Source: a virus (Duplodnaviria; Caudoviricetes). From it: DNA of 64,000 nt. The number at the start of each line of letters is the position of its first letter. Positions within the stretch are counted from its first letter, which is position 1. Location: positions 1 to 64,000 of the IMG/VR virus record IMGVR_UViG_3300028591_000011. One strand, 5' to 3'. Positions 49,601-64,000 of the stretch are shown one piece after another. A program made the translations under genes and the position numbers. The notes under the pieces were generated by a model. That model did no database searches and was not told the origin of the DNA. It worked only from the letters and a program-made list of their open reading frames with translations.

Positions 49601-52600
49601 TAAAGCTGCTGAGCAAAAGGTAAAACAAGATTGGAAGTCTTCCATATTAGGAAAGCGCGAGTTTATGTCTAGCGCGTTTACTAGACAAGCTGCTATTAAT
49701 TCTGGTGCAAGTAACGTAGAAGCTTTTTTATCTAGCGCATACGACAATGAAAGCATGCGTGACGATCTTTTAAATAAAGCTTACGATCTTTCTTAGGATA
49801 GAGACGCAGTAAAGAGATCTTATGTGTTAAATCACATTGCTTTGTTTGTAGAAGCATCTCAAGCCGCTAGGGTAAAATATATACAAAATGTAACTCGTAA
49901 TCAAGAAGAGCTTCTTGATATGTTCAAACGTATTACTGGGTTGGATCTGGACGTACGCAGATTGAAAGGTATAAGATCTAGATTGGACGATCAATTGAAG
50001 CAGTTATAGCAAAGAGAGAAATAGAATCTTAATCCCGACAATACTCCAGGATATGCAGATACGTATGAAAAATATTTCGAAAAAGATCCTGTTTCTTTCG
50101 ATGACCAAGAAGAATACGACAGATTGTTTGGAGAATATTCTCTCATGCACGCCATAAAAGATGTGCAACAGGTTCTTGCGGCTGCGTATAAGTTTGGAGC
50201 GGTAAACCCAGAATCTCTTGAGAAAGCTTTTTATAATGTAAGTGAAAACAATCCAATATCTGCTATAAGTAAAGAATATAGCAAAAGAAAGGCAGAACAG
50301 TCTGTCGAAATGGACGAAGAAGTTACGCAACGTTTTGATCCATTAAAGCAACATGATTTGTACGAACTGAGTAAAAAAGCAGCTTGGGCGTACATAAAAG
50401 ACTAGTTGCATGAGACAGAAGAACGTAGAAAAATAGCAAATCGCAGATGGGAAGAAGAGACTCCAATGACTTCTTCTAAAAAAGACGTACAAGAAGCTTA
50501 GGAAGAATCTGAAAATGAGTCTAGCGAAAAACAGACACCTGAAGAATCTGTAGAAAGTGGCCAGCAGCAACAGGAAGAACAGAATGGCAATCAAGCATCT
50601 AATATACCAGGTGCACAAATGAGTGATTCTGAGAAGAACTTAAGATAGAAATATAATAATGAGAAATAGCTAAGTGAAAAGAAGGCAGAAGAGATTGCTT
50701 AGAAACTGATAGAATCTGAGAGAAAACGTGCTGAAAAAGAAAAAACAGGAGAAGAAGAACCTGAACCTACTGAACAGCCTGAAGTTGCTCCTTAGCCAGC
50801 TGCAGAAGAACAGCAACCGGAGCCTGAACCTGAGCCAGAACCGGAACCTGAACCCGCTGAAGAAGTTCCAGAAGCGGAGCAAGCCAATCGACAAGCTGTA
50901 GACGATACACCGCCTGCGCCACCTGCTGTTGATTCCCCTTCCGACGATGACAGAGATAAAGATGAAGATCAAGCACCTCATTTGGATCCTTCTGTAGATT
51001 TACCAGAAAATTCTTCTGACGTATTAGAGCCAGACGTATAGCAACCAGAACCTATACTTGAACCACCAGTTGATACATACGATCCGTCTAACGATCCGTT
51101 GGATGTATACGATTAGGATTCTCCAGAAATAGAACCTCCGTTTGAAGGATTTTCTGATGAAGTAGATCCTCTTTCTGTTGTTTATAAAGACGGATAGGCG
51201 TTTATTGTAGAAGAAGATGGAAAACAGTGGACACCGTTAGATTATTTATTTTCAGATGCTCTTCTAGACGAAGCTAAACTGCAATTAGAATCAGAAGGTG
51301 CTACTGTATCTTTAGATGAAGTTCCAAATGGCAACATGTCTTAGGAAGAAAAAGTTTCTGTTTTGGATCATGACGATGTGTCATCTATAGTTTCTAGTAC
51401 ATTCTTTTATAACCCATTTAAGGTATTAAATAAGAAGAATGGAAAGAAAGAAGAATAGACTGTCTAGATGGTTGTAGGTGAAGAATAGTTGAAATTTAGA
51501 AAACCTATAGCATCTGGTGTAAAACTTGCAAAGAAATTAATACAACCTGGATGGCTTGCTTCTACAAATAAATTCTATGTTGTTTCTGATCCTATAAAAC
51601 GCCACGATAAGAAATTACAATATACAGATGATAGGGACATGCTTACTGTCGCTATCGCTTTAGAAGACGACGAAAATACATATTTGGTGTTCTTACGTCC
51701 TCTATATAAAACAATCTCCATAAAGGATCAAAATTCGTATATAGATAATACAGAAAATGACGTTCTTGACTATGTTCTATCTTATGGTGCGAATTGGAGA
51801 GCCGTAGCTGAAACTTTGGGGTTGGATGAAACCGCGTTGCTTGGAGAAAACACAACTACTGAAGATAGAATATCTGCGTATAAAAGAGCTGTGGCAAAAC
51901 TTGTTACAGAAAACTTGACCGAAAGCTGGGAAAAAGCTAGAAAGACAAATAAAACGTTAGATAAGGCACAATATATAAGAAAGTATTGGGAGTCCGAAGA
52001 GGATCGTGTAAGACAATCTCTTGCGCACAAAAATAGAAAAATTTATTCTAGAAGTAGAGCAAAGTAGGAAGTTGAAAAGCTACGTAATTTCAGAAATCAA
52101 ATCATAGATAAATACGCTACCGTAAATAATGACGGAACAGTAAATGTACCAAAAGAGGTACGATACGACGTAATACCAGTTTCTGTTAGACAATCTAATG
52201 GTAAATTCGATAACTAGACTAATGATACTACCGGTTTACCCGAATATAGACCTGTTACCGGTAAAGACTCGTTAGAAGAGATACAGACTAAACTTGAAAA
52301 CGGAACTCTACAAATAGGTTTTGGTAGGGGTTTATTTGCTTCTAAAAACAACAGATATAAAATAAATGATGTTTTACACCCAAGTAAAACTACATTTGGA
52401 GGAAAGGGGTTATCTGGTAAGTTATATTGGATGGTTCGCTCATTGTTTGATCCTTCTGTAAAAGTTCCTGTAATGCTAGCAGAAGAAAAATTCAACTCTC
52501 AGGTTAGATTGGTGAACGGAAAATCGGAGGTCTCTTTTATAGGAACTGGTATAAAAAATCCTGTAATTTGCTTGGAATAGGATATAGAAGGTAATTGGGT

Positions 52601-55600
52601 AAATACCAATAAAAAAGGATATCTTCCGAGCGCAGCTGAGATATTATTCTTATTGCTTACGAGGTAGATAAATCTTGGAACTACTGATGATTCTATACAT
52701 CAAGAAATAATAGAACTGTTTATACACAGTGGGCAAAATACTCTTGCAAAAAATCAACCTAAGTTACAAGAAACACCTATTGCTTAGTTTTTGAGTAAAT
52801 AGTTGTGGTATGGTATATAGGAAGGTGAATCTGTACCAAAATTACACATTGCTATAACTAGAGGGGATAGTGTACAATATAAAAGTTATACACAGCAGCA
52901 GCTCCAAGATCCTCAGGTAAAAATGGAAGTCATTAATGCACTTGCTACGTAGTTCCATTGGAATACGGATATAGATTTTATGAGTAAAGCTATGTATATA
53001 AATACCGTAGACTCTAGTGCGCTTTCCACTTTGTTTTCGTATATGATTAGGCAGCATACTGGAAAACTCACAGCAGATTCTAAACTTTCTTTGTTTGGAT
53101 GTCCATAGTTCACGTTCAGATTGGGAGATTTTATGAACGTGGTTAACGGGTAGGCACAACCAAAAAAGGGAGTTTCGTACTTAGCGTGGATGCTTAAAAA
53201 TCAGAAAGTAAAAACTGACGTGTCTTCAAATGTATTTTTTGCACCTTATGTATTTGCGAACGGAGTTGCAGTAAAAGGCGCGCAAGACGCTGTAGATACT
53301 TCTACACATCCTGTAGATGGTAACGACGAAGTTAAAGAAATAACAAATCCGATTATATATAAAGATTTGAATGACGTTACTGTTCTTCCGGAAGGTGAAG
53401 AACTTCAAGAAGCTATGTAGGAGGCTTCACAAAGTATGATTTCTTAGCAAAACGGAGGCACATCTGCTATTTATGTGTTAAAAGGTGTAGATCCAGATAA
53501 GATTTAGTTGGACGGTCAAGAAGAGGTCGAAGATGCAGCAAAGCAAAAAATAAAAGAAGCTCTAGATATACATAACAAAAAACACGGCACGTCTTACGAC
53601 ATAAAAGACTTGTAGTTAAAGATGAACGTTAGAAAAATGATGCTTCCTCAATATTGGGCTACAGGTTAGGCATTTATTAGGCTTGAATTGTTTAATAATG
53701 GCAAGTTTAACGTTACTGTACGTAAAAATGAGGATGTTGACAACGCCGGAATGATTGTTACTGGTGCGTTTAGTAAGACTGGTGGTTTGGCTACAATAGA
53801 TGCTGAGCGAGAACGTGATTGGATCTGTGAGACACTTGGCATAGATAAATCCAATGTTGTTGTTACTAACGCAGTAATGAAAAGTATGTCTGGCGAAGAC
53901 GTTTTTGGTGTTACAAATGTTGTGACGAATGTTATTACTGGAACCTTAATGGGTGTGATAAAGTTATCTTCTAGGGGAAATAAAGGCATGGGTTATCATG
54001 AGGCGTGGCACTATGTTAATCTGTTGATACACGATACAAAAACACGCAGAAGGATATACGAAGCTTATGCAAAAGCTAACGGGCTGTATAAACCAGGTGT
54101 CAAGCTTAGAGATATAGAAGAACATATGGCAGATGCATTCGCTAAAGATGTAATGTTAAATCAAGATACTACGTTATTAGGTTCTACTAGACGTTTGTGG
54201 AGAAATATTCTCGATTTCATACTTGTTACTGGAAACAGAAAACTTTATCGTTCTGTATTTAATGCCGTATAGACTGGAAAATATAAGAAATATTCCAAGT
54301 TAGATGACAGTTCTGTTTAGGAGTTTAGGAAAGCTTACGATTCTGGCGTATTTGCTACAAGTTATGTTCCTGGATATCCAAAAGAAGTAACCGATAATCT
54401 TAAACATATAGATCACTATTACCAACTTCTCGACGGAATGGATGCTGTTGTAAGAAGGATATTTGCAAATATACCTTTCGCAACCCAAAAAGAATTGGAA
54501 ATGTGGGCCAGCGAAGAGGGTTTGGAGATAATAATTGGGTTTGTAGATGAAATGATCGAAGAGCAATCTGACGAGAAAAAAGCTGATAGATTGAGAGATA
54601 TTAAAAACAATAAAGACTATCTATTCGAAAACGTAATTGCCGAGTTTAATAAATATGGATATAGAGTAAAAAGAAGGAAACCTGATAAACAACCTGAAGA
54701 TGTATCAAAAGATCCTGCTGCAGAAGAAAACGAAGATCCTATAAAAAAAGAGGAAAAGCCGGAAAATACTTGGGACAAGTTTGCGTTAGAGTATAGTAGG
54801 TCTGAAAATGTTTCTAATCACGTGAAATTCTTTTTATCCAGAATGCCGCAATACAAAAAAGTATGGATGCCGAATGGAAAGAGCAAATATATAGTTGAAA
54901 TTGACGATTATAATACACCTCTTTTCTTTGATTTGGATAAAACAATAAGAAAACTACATAAAGATCTTTGGTGGATAACTTCGTTTGGTGAATTAGAAAC
55001 CAATCCGGATTCCGGATACATATATAAACGTACATCTTTAATGGGTGCTATAGAACGTAGAAAAAATTCATAGGATTTTTATTATTCTATGTATGAATAC
55101 TTAAGTAAATACGCGCTCAAAAATACATCTGGTTCAGCAATGCTTAGAAGCGAACTGTTTAATGCTATAAACAGTAGCAAACAAAATATAGATTTATTGA
55201 CTATCTCTAATCCAAAACAACGAAACTTTAGCGGTCTTGCTTCGGATGAAGTTTTAGCTACTGCTGCAGCAAATATAGCTGAAGAAGATAGTCCGGTTAT
55301 TATAGCAAATACAGATAAAGCTGTTGCTGATAGACACAGAATATGGTCATTCTAGATAGACGAATTCTTGACTGCTGCTAGAAATACATTGAAATTGTGG
55401 TCGAAAAATCTCGCTGCGTCCAGTTTTCTTTCTTTTAATGAAGAAAAACAAGACGTATCTGTTGATCCAGAATTTACAAAAATAGTAGCAGATAAGTATA
55501 ATAGTCTTCATCAATCTTTAAATTCAAAAGATGCAATAAACAACCTTCGTAGTTTGAGATCTTCTTTTATAGATCTCATGAATACTGTAGGAATTGATTG

Positions 55601-58600
55601 TGATTTGTCATCATTAGGTATATTTTTAAATATATTACGAAACGATAAATCAGAAAAAATTGCTGGTAAGCAAATGACCGATGCCGAATAGGTAGAACTT
55701 ATGAAATCTGCAATAGACTCTGGTGATGTTGGATCTATAGGTGATATTATACAAGGAATTGCTTAGATACGTAAGAATAAAAGCGGAAACAAAAAACGTA
55801 ATCAGATCGGTGGACGAGAATTGGATGAGATTTTTACAGGATACTCGGATGATTCACAAATTCATTTATTAGCTGTTGCATGGGATTCTGCGTATCCTTC
55901 TCCGCAAGATTTTAGTGTAAAAGATGCAAACGGAAATAGATTGTATCCAGTGAATCTAAATAGCCATTTTACAGATAGAATAAATTGGTTAAACACTCCA
56001 GAAACCGGTTATGCAGACCAATTGAAACAATCTGCGTATTCTTAGCATTCATTGTTAGCAACTGTATGTGCTGATCAAGTAGATGAAAATGATCCGTCTA
56101 CTAAAATAAAAGCTAGAGCTTTTGTTGGTATAAGGGATGATGATACATAGGAAGGTGGAGATTATTTCGGTATAACTCCTCAAGAAGATTACATAGCTAA
56201 AATGATGATAACAGAACGAAACTGTCTGTTGTCACCGACAATGGCAGATAAAAAGTCTTGGGATTCGATACAAAGTCCATTTTTAAAACTATCACATTCT
56301 AGGATGTGGACTAGTGGCGAAGTTGGAGTATTAGACGATACTATAATCGAAGAGTTTTCTAAAATTAATCCATACAATCCAAAAGATAAGAGGTATGGAG
56401 GTATTGAAAGTAGATGGTGGTCTGCAGCTTTTAAGTGGTATGACAATTTGGAGGAAGACGATCCTATTAAAATAAGAATAAAAAAGTCTCCAATTTTAGC
56501 ATTAAAACAAAAGTCTGTAAATAATGTTGGTTATACTGTAGATGTGAATACAGGTACTGTAATGCCTAAGTTTGACTTCAGTACACTTAATATATTTGCA
56601 GGGTATGTTCTTGATGAAATAAATGCTCTTATAGGATACTATAGTGCGGAACACATTAAAGAAATGATGTCCGATAATAGCATGCGTTTGGATAATTTTT
56701 CAGGAACTGTCGATTCTAAAACAGGATTGCTTAATTGTGACGGAAACGGAGGATTCTTTAGATATTTTTACGACATATTGGATGGTATACCGGAAACATA
56801 TCATACACTTCAGATAAACGGAAATGACGATTTAAATCTCAATCATCATATACAAGCGTTATTTGAGTTATAGAAAAAAATCAGGTCCGGTGAAGTCGAT
56901 AACGTTTTAGCAGGAAAATCTAGATATAATAAGGTTACTGAATCATCAATATCTAAAGATGGTTAGGATTATGACGGATTTGAACTTATTAGACAATTTC
57001 TAGATGATTTGAAGAATTCTTTGTTTGGCGAAAATGAACAGGCTAACGATTATCTTTTGAATTAGATAAATAAAAAGCTTGTTAATATGGCGTACGAAGA
57101 ACTTGAAGAATTGTCTACCGAAAGTTCTCCGTTAAAAATGGCCAAATATGATGAAGATTCTGGATTGTATATACCTACTGGCGTACCTGAATAGCTATTG
57201 CGTCCTTACATAGAGGACTATATAAAATCAGGAATGATAGACAGTATGGATACTGGAGATCTGTATAAAAATGCACATAGAGACAAGTAGAAATATGCAT
57301 TAGGAAATGCGTTCTTTTCTCTTATTGCAAATCATGTAGCCAATACTGCTATTTCTATAATCGAGGTAGAAAAAGTTATTACCGGAGATCCTGCTTATTT
57401 TAAAAGAAAGCTTAATCCTGACGACAAGAAATCCGAGGTGCAAATGTCTATTCAGCTCGATAAAAATACAAAAGCCGAAAACGTAACTCTTTCTGTAAAT
57501 AACATTTATGATACATTCAGTGATAAAATAAAGCGTTTGGGAGGAACAATGTCTCCTGGTAGTGAAATACGACCAGACTATTCAGAATGGGAGATAGCAT
57601 AGGATCCCACTTTAAAAAACACTAAGTATACAAATCTTGTTGTAGAAGACCTTATTGTACCATCTGCTATATTAAAGACTATTTCTAATACATTTGAAAC
57701 TCAACTTATCGTAGATGTAATACGAACTTCAAACAACAATTATATAGATAAAATACGAAAACATATAGTTAGTATCGCTAACGATAAATCTATAAAACTT
57801 TCTGATGAAGATGTTATAAATGCGATATATAGAAACAAGAGGGTTCGTAAATTTGCATATGATTCTTTAAAAGATTACGAAAAGTCTTATATAAAAAATA
57901 CACTTAACGATCAAGTTGGTCCTTATACAGGTATTACAGTATCTGATGCACAGGTGTTTATCAGGCCTGCATTATATCGTAAAATACGTATAGGACTTGG
58001 TTTGTGGTAGTGGGAAAAGGATGCTGACGGTTATAGTGATGAGATAGCGTACAATTTAATATAGAATGGCAATGGCACAGAATGGATGTCCGATCCTAAG
58101 GCTAGAGAAATTGTTAGTAAGTTTGAATTATACGCGTTAAAGATGTCGTATTATCAAAACGATATTGTAAAAGTCAGCGACGATTTCTCTTATATGAAAC
58201 CTATTTATGATAAAATGGCCATATTCCCCATGTTTAAATATATGTAGTCAACTGATGTAGGAGAAGCTATATATAATAGAATGAACAAAAAGGATAACGA
58301 ATTGGATATGATTTCATTTAAGAGTGCTGTGAAAGTAGGTGCTCCCGCACAAGCTGCACAATTAATGGAAACTACTAAATCGAAGGCTATAAAAAAACTT
58401 AAAGAGGCTCATTAGAATGAAGAATCCTATTCTCCAACAGATCAAGAGATTGCTGATGCTATGGAATCCGAAACCATATTAAGTAAACTTAGCAAACAGT
58501 TCTAGAATAACAGTAATAAATATATTGATCAAGAAACTGGCGATATAAACGATCGTACAGGTGATGATTTACTTACTGTGGAAATTCAAGATCTTAAAAA

Positions 58601-61600
58601 TTTAAGAATGCAGCTTAATACAGAAGCACATGAAGCAGACGAACGTGCAATAGGTACATAGATGTTTAAGATTGCTTTCTCAAATATAATAGACGATACA
58701 CAATATGGGCTTGGAAAATCAAATCATAAGATAAGACTTGGTTCTGAAATAAAAAAATCTATCATGCGTAATATAAGCGCTCTAACTTAGTGTGGAGTGC
58801 TTCGTGAGGATTCTGATTTCTACGAAAATGGCAAATTAAGTTATAAAAAAGTAAAGAATTTCTTATTGCGAATCGTAGATAACAATAACTTGGGAGATAT
58901 CGCAAAAGCTATAATTAATGACGGCGGTGTTGTTAGTTCTCTTGTCAAAAGAGAAGTTTTTGAAATGTCTACTTCGTCTCATGTAAATAAAGATATAGTA
59001 GAGATACATACTAACGGTGGTACTGCAATTCAGCAGTCTATGTTTGGTTTTGCTGGATATGGTTCTGCTAATGTCGGTATACAGTATAATGGAGGTAGAG
59101 AGTTAAAATGGAACGCAAAAGAAGGTTCTATGGAAGTCATACTTTCTATGAATCTTTTACGAAGTGTCCTTCCTTCTGAATTGAAAGATAAATCGTTTAC
59201 AGAATAGAGGCAGTGGCTGATAGATAACGATATTATACTTGGTAATAAATTAGATGGATCTCAATCTGATCCGAAACCTTTTGGTATTGGTTATCGTATT
59301 CCTACACAGGGTATGTCGTCAATGTTCTCATTCATTGTAGCAGATGTAATACCTGAGCAATCTGGAGACCTTATTATAGTACCTAGAGAATTTACTGCTT
59401 AGACAGGTTCTGACTTCGACGTTGACAAACTGTATTTATCTACATTTGCATACAGTGATGGAGAAAGGTTATCTGCTTCTGATGAAGAATTATCTACTGT
59501 TCTTGGTGAAGATCCAAGCGGAATTGATATATCGGAAATGTAGAAGAAAATAGCAAACAACTTACTGCAGGACTATATTGATTTGGTATCGGATGAAAAG
59601 AATTTCGCAAACGCAAGAGCTTCGATTGATGCTATAACTAATGTAGTAAAAGACAACTTTTTAAAGAGGATTCGTCCAAAGAAATAGGGATATATAACTG
59701 GCATGACTGAGTTAATGCCTTCGTTCCAGTCTAGAAAGAAAATGGAGTTCAAAGTCGGTAAAGATGGAATTTCTCCGTTCGCATTGAGTATTCCGCATCT
59801 TGCAATGACATAGTTTACGCATTTGACAATAAATTTTGGTTCCGCAGGAAAGGCTTATGATTTAAATCCTCTCGATAGGATATATGGAAACGATAAATAG
59901 CGTATATCTGACTGGCTTTCTGCTATGGTTAATGCACATGTTGACGTAGCAAAGGATTCATATGTATTTGATCTTAATTTAAATAACAATACGTATAATC
60001 ATGCTGTATTGTTATTGCGTGCAGGTAAAGGTTTGTCCACGTTCTCATTTTTAGCACAGCCGCTGTTGAAAGAATTTTCTGACGCAGTAAATAATGCCGG
60101 CGGTGTATATGGGCGAAACATGGACGGGCTTATTGTAGAAGATGATAGTGGTACGTATCGCAAGAATATCATACGTCAGAAATTAATGTAGAGGTATGTA
60201 AAAATATTGAAAGATATTGCTACCGAACATGATTTATACGGCAAATGGAAGGATCATATAGAATATCTTGAGTATTAGTCAAAAGATAAAGATTCAAAAA
60301 CGAAATCTAAAAAACAATCTAAAGAAAAAGGCGATACTGATTATAAACTTCCAGAAGGTTTTGAAAAGAAACTTGTATTTGATATCGAAGAAGGAATTCG
60401 TTCAATTAATAATTTTGTGTACGACTTAAACAAAGTAAACAGCAAAAATGCAGAAGATTTTGTAGAAAGTTTAATATTTAATTTACATTGTCTAATTGCA
60501 TATCAAGATTTGAACAAATACGCAAGAACATTAAACGAACTTGTTTAGAATTCGCAAATTGATACCAAAAAGTTTGGCAAAACGTTTTATGAAAAAATAA
60601 ACTTTGAGAATAGACTTTATACGTTTATAAATAATTCTCAGTTATTTACTGTAACTGATCAAAAACTTCTTGGAAAACTTACTAAAGATTTAAAGAAGTC
60701 TGACAATGACGAATATGATCCGAAAGATGTATCCAGAGAAGTGCTGATGTATTACTACAACAGTACGTTCTTAATGAGAAAGCTTAGAAATGCTAATAAA
60801 TATTGTAGAGAAATTTTAGCAGGGCAGGTGTTTATGGCTAATCCGTTGTTTGAAGATGTATTTAAGACTATGATGATGTCTATATCTGGGGATGCCGAAA
60901 TTTTAGGTAAACACGGCGAACGTCTTAAGTTATATTCTCCTATATATAATCAAAATTCTTTAAAGAGTATATCCCACGCTGCTGAAAATGTAGCAAGATT
61001 TAATTCTTTAATGTCGTTTGGTCCTGGAATATATAAGAGAAATAAAAAAGAAGATCCTGATTCAGATATGCTCGACTTTACTGAAAATGGTGATCGGGTA
61101 GCCGTATCAGAAAGATTTAAGAAGCTATTGTTTGGTAACGATAAAGAATAGTCAATTTTTGTTCGTGCAAGAAGCCTTATCCGTAAAATAAAAGAAACTT
61201 CAGATACTAAACAATATGTGGGTCTTGTATCAAACGGTAGAATATTAAACGACCTTCTTGTCTATATAAGCCCTCTTACTCCTACTAAGAATTATCCAAT
61301 AGGTAGAATGATCTTAAGATCGTCTTAGACTGATAATAGAAACAAAGACGAAGTAAGATTGTCTGCGGCGTTTGCTTAGCTTTTATAGCATCCGAATGAA
61401 GAAGTTAGAAAGTTTGCTGAAGATCTTGCGTTTTACGCATATTATTCTGCATATGACTAGAATACGAGTAACTCGTTCTTCCATTTAGTCCCTCCTGCAT
61501 ACAGAAAATAGTATGACGCTTCTATATCAAAAGCTCTAGGATATTTAAATTCTACTGAATATGAAAAAAATAAAATAGGTCTTAGGGCTATTGGAGGAAT

Positions 61601-63203
61601 TGCCCCAGGAGGTAGATTTACTAGAGCTCAGTTGGTAAACACGATAGCTGAAAATTATATTTAGACTATAGGAAGGAATTATAGTTACGATTCAAATATA
61701 GTTCCTGTTTGGAAGATGCCTAAACGAATTAGTACAAGAAAATTCCAAGCATATCTTACGCCTAGTGATCGTGAAAAAGGAATGCGAGAAGTTGTTCTAG
61801 GCAAGACGGCAATGGTAAAAGGATTGAAAACTCCAATCAGAACTTTTATAGCATTCACTGAAACTACTTCCGGCGGAGGATACTTTTTTAAACTTCCGTC
61901 TGGTATACTGTATAGAAAGATTGGTGAAGTCAGAAGAAAATATAGAGGTAAAGATGGAAAAGACCACAACCTCGCTCCGTATTTTGTATATGCTGTTGCA
62001 CAACGTGCTGGGTATAAGAATAAGAAGTTACAGTTGTTTGAATTATTTTCTGGATACGATAAACCTTCTATATTTGCTGAAAATAAATATATCAGCAGTA
62101 CTTCTGAAGATGCTGTAAGAGAAGAAGTTTTGAACGTTGTAAAAAATAATACTGGAAATGTTGAGTTAAGTGTTGTATGGAATTCTAGCGAAATTCCAGA
62201 TATGTATAGATCTACCAATGCTGATATGTTTATGTAGCCTGATCAATTTATGGCACAGAAGAACGTTGGACAACAGTGGCAATTTGGTAAAGCTGTTTCT
62301 GCTTCTACTGTATACGGTGCTGAGTATAAATCGTTCTTAGATGCTGATGTTATACTTAATATAACACCATCTGAAATGGAACATAACGATTCTACGTTAA
62401 ATAATATTCCAGAAAAGTTTAGACCTAAAGTTGTTAATGTTGCATTAAATGGAAAGGGCTTAGCCAATGCAATAAAAGCTATAAAGAAGATATCGGAAGG
62501 CAATCGTATTTCAATTACTATAACGTCTCCTATTAAGACTGATTATTAGTGGTATAAATCATATATAACAGACAATGATGTTGACGATTATATCAATGGC
62601 AGAAGAAGTGAGCTTGAGGAATTATTTAGAGATTCTGCTGATGCAGAAAGTCAAATAAAGACAATACTCGACAATACTCGCGACGATTCTCAACATAGAA
62701 ATACTATGACTAATAAAAAAGTAGCAAGTGATTTTAATGATATTTTTAATAGGATATTATTAAGTCAAATAGAAGTATCTAAAGTTTCATCTACTATGGA
62801 CAAAGATAGACACGTTTTTGCTGCTATTGTCGATAAAATTTATCTTGAACATGGAAATAGTCTAGATTTTTAGTCCGGAGAGTTATATATCCCGTCTTAG
62901 TATAATCTTAACAAATTCGCAAGAGACATTATGCAATTGACCACGGTACCATTAATACAAATTACTGAAACACAAAAATCTGTTTAGGGTTCAGAATAGG
63001 TAGAAAAGATTATAGAAAAAGTCCAAAATGAAGATAAACCTGAAGAAAAAACAAAACCTGTTTCTAAAATAGTATAGGATGTAGAAACTTCAGATAGTAA
63101 AAAACATGAAGATTGTGGAGAAGGCACTACCGTAATGAAACCAACTGGTAAGAAGATGAATAATAGAGGTAGAGCCGGAAGAACCACTGAAATAATTGAT
63201 TAA
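46629..63203 (+). CDS. Giant virion-packaged RNA polymerase polyprotein (~5524 aa) with a zincin domain
   Basis: About 19 track ORFs share one frame. Double-psi-barrel motifs 'GIGYRIPTQG' and 'QTGSDFDVDKL' (DFDVD 59412-59426). HEAWH at 53997-54011. Ends TAA 63201-63203. Confidence 0.85.
50755..50880 (+). repeat. Low-complexity (EP)n coding repeat within the giant protein
   Basis: 'ccggagcctgaacctgagccagaaccggaacctgaaccc' encodes PEPEPEPEPEPEP. Confidence 0.7.
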
Positions 63204-63207
63204 TATT

Positions 63208-64000
63208 ATGTTTTGTCCTTATTATAAAAATAGAGAAGTTTTTGATGGCTTCAACGAAATTGTATAGGCATTTGGTGGTGACCCTTTGACAGAGGAAGAA
63301 TTTAGGTCCAGTGAGCTGAGAAATCAGCGAACTGGTCCTAATTATTCTGCTATGGAAGCCGCATATATAGTATACGATAGGAACAACGGAAATATGTTGG
63401 ATTTTACTCCTGATGGTCAACCTTCTATACTCTTTCAAAAGTTGTTAGATTATTATGGAGATAGAAATTCTGCAATAATCGCTAAAAGTAACGCTTATTC
63501 TGATGAATTTCTTGATAAGAAGAACTGGCTTGCCCAATATGATGATGCGCCAGACGGTGTTACAAAAACAGTTCAACAAACTGAACCAGATATATCAGAC
63601 GTTGTAGATGGTTATATAAACCCTTAGGAAACAGATGTTGCCATAAACAATAAAAACATAGAAGGCTCTATAAGACGCGCATCTGTAGAGTCTATAGGCG
63701 TAGACAATTATACCAAGTTGGCGAACGGAGAAACTGTTTCTTCAAAGAATATAATACAGAGCTTAAAAAAAGCGTTTGCATTTTCTATTCAAAATAGCAT
63801 GTTGGCGGATATATTCGAAATACATGATATACCTGTGACATTTTATTCTGATTTGGATAACGTTACGTTAATGACTAGCGAGTTATTATCCGATGGAACT
63901 TCTGTTATAAGAATCAATAGGAACTTGATAGGAAAAGTTACGCAAGATTATATTTCTGAAGCGTTTTTGCACGAGATTGTACATTCATTAACAATGTCCG
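63208..64000 (+). CDS. Large cargo protein, 3'-truncated by the window edge, with a zincin motif
   Basis: Starts 'MFCPYYKN' and is open via TAG to the window end. HEIVH at 63970-63984. Confidence 0.7.

Noticed and set aside
50755-50880. CRISPR-like or non-coding tandem repeat
   Set aside because: It is a degenerate codon repeat encoding (EP)n inside the giant ORF, with no repeat-spacer structure.
2-64000. Fragmented ORFs read as pseudogenes or a decayed prophage
   Set aside because: Breaks are TAG-only and in frame, and catalytic motifs are intact. Recoding explains them.

Overview
This window is the virion (late) gene block of a crAss-like bacteriophage (Crassvirales, probable Bacteroidota host). 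All genes lie on the + strand. TAG is not a stop codon here: it is read as Gln (genetic code 15). The many short ORFs in the supplied track therefore join into about 41 genes, and every gene whose end lies in the window stops at TAA or TGA. Gene order: tail-fibre/receptor-binding genes, including a ~2190-aa LamG + CotH-kinase-like + LRR protein and a BspA-type LRR protein; a tRNA-like structured RNA; an uncharacterised six-gene module; a putative small terminase, TerL, two membrane proteins and the portal; a lysozyme-bearing cargo protein; scaffold, major capsid, ring/neck proteins (one apparently split) and an auxiliary capsid protein; holin and spanin; an IHF-like protein, tail tube and muzzle; cargo proteins; a ~5500-aa virion RNA polymerase; and the start of another large cargo protein. 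The best leads are the tRNA-like leader plus six-gene module at 15.85-19.1 kb, the kinase-like domain in a tail protein, and the split ring protein. Gene boundaries were read by hand with TAG=Gln. Not every codon of the longest genes was checked, and functional calls come from motif recall and synteny, not database searches.
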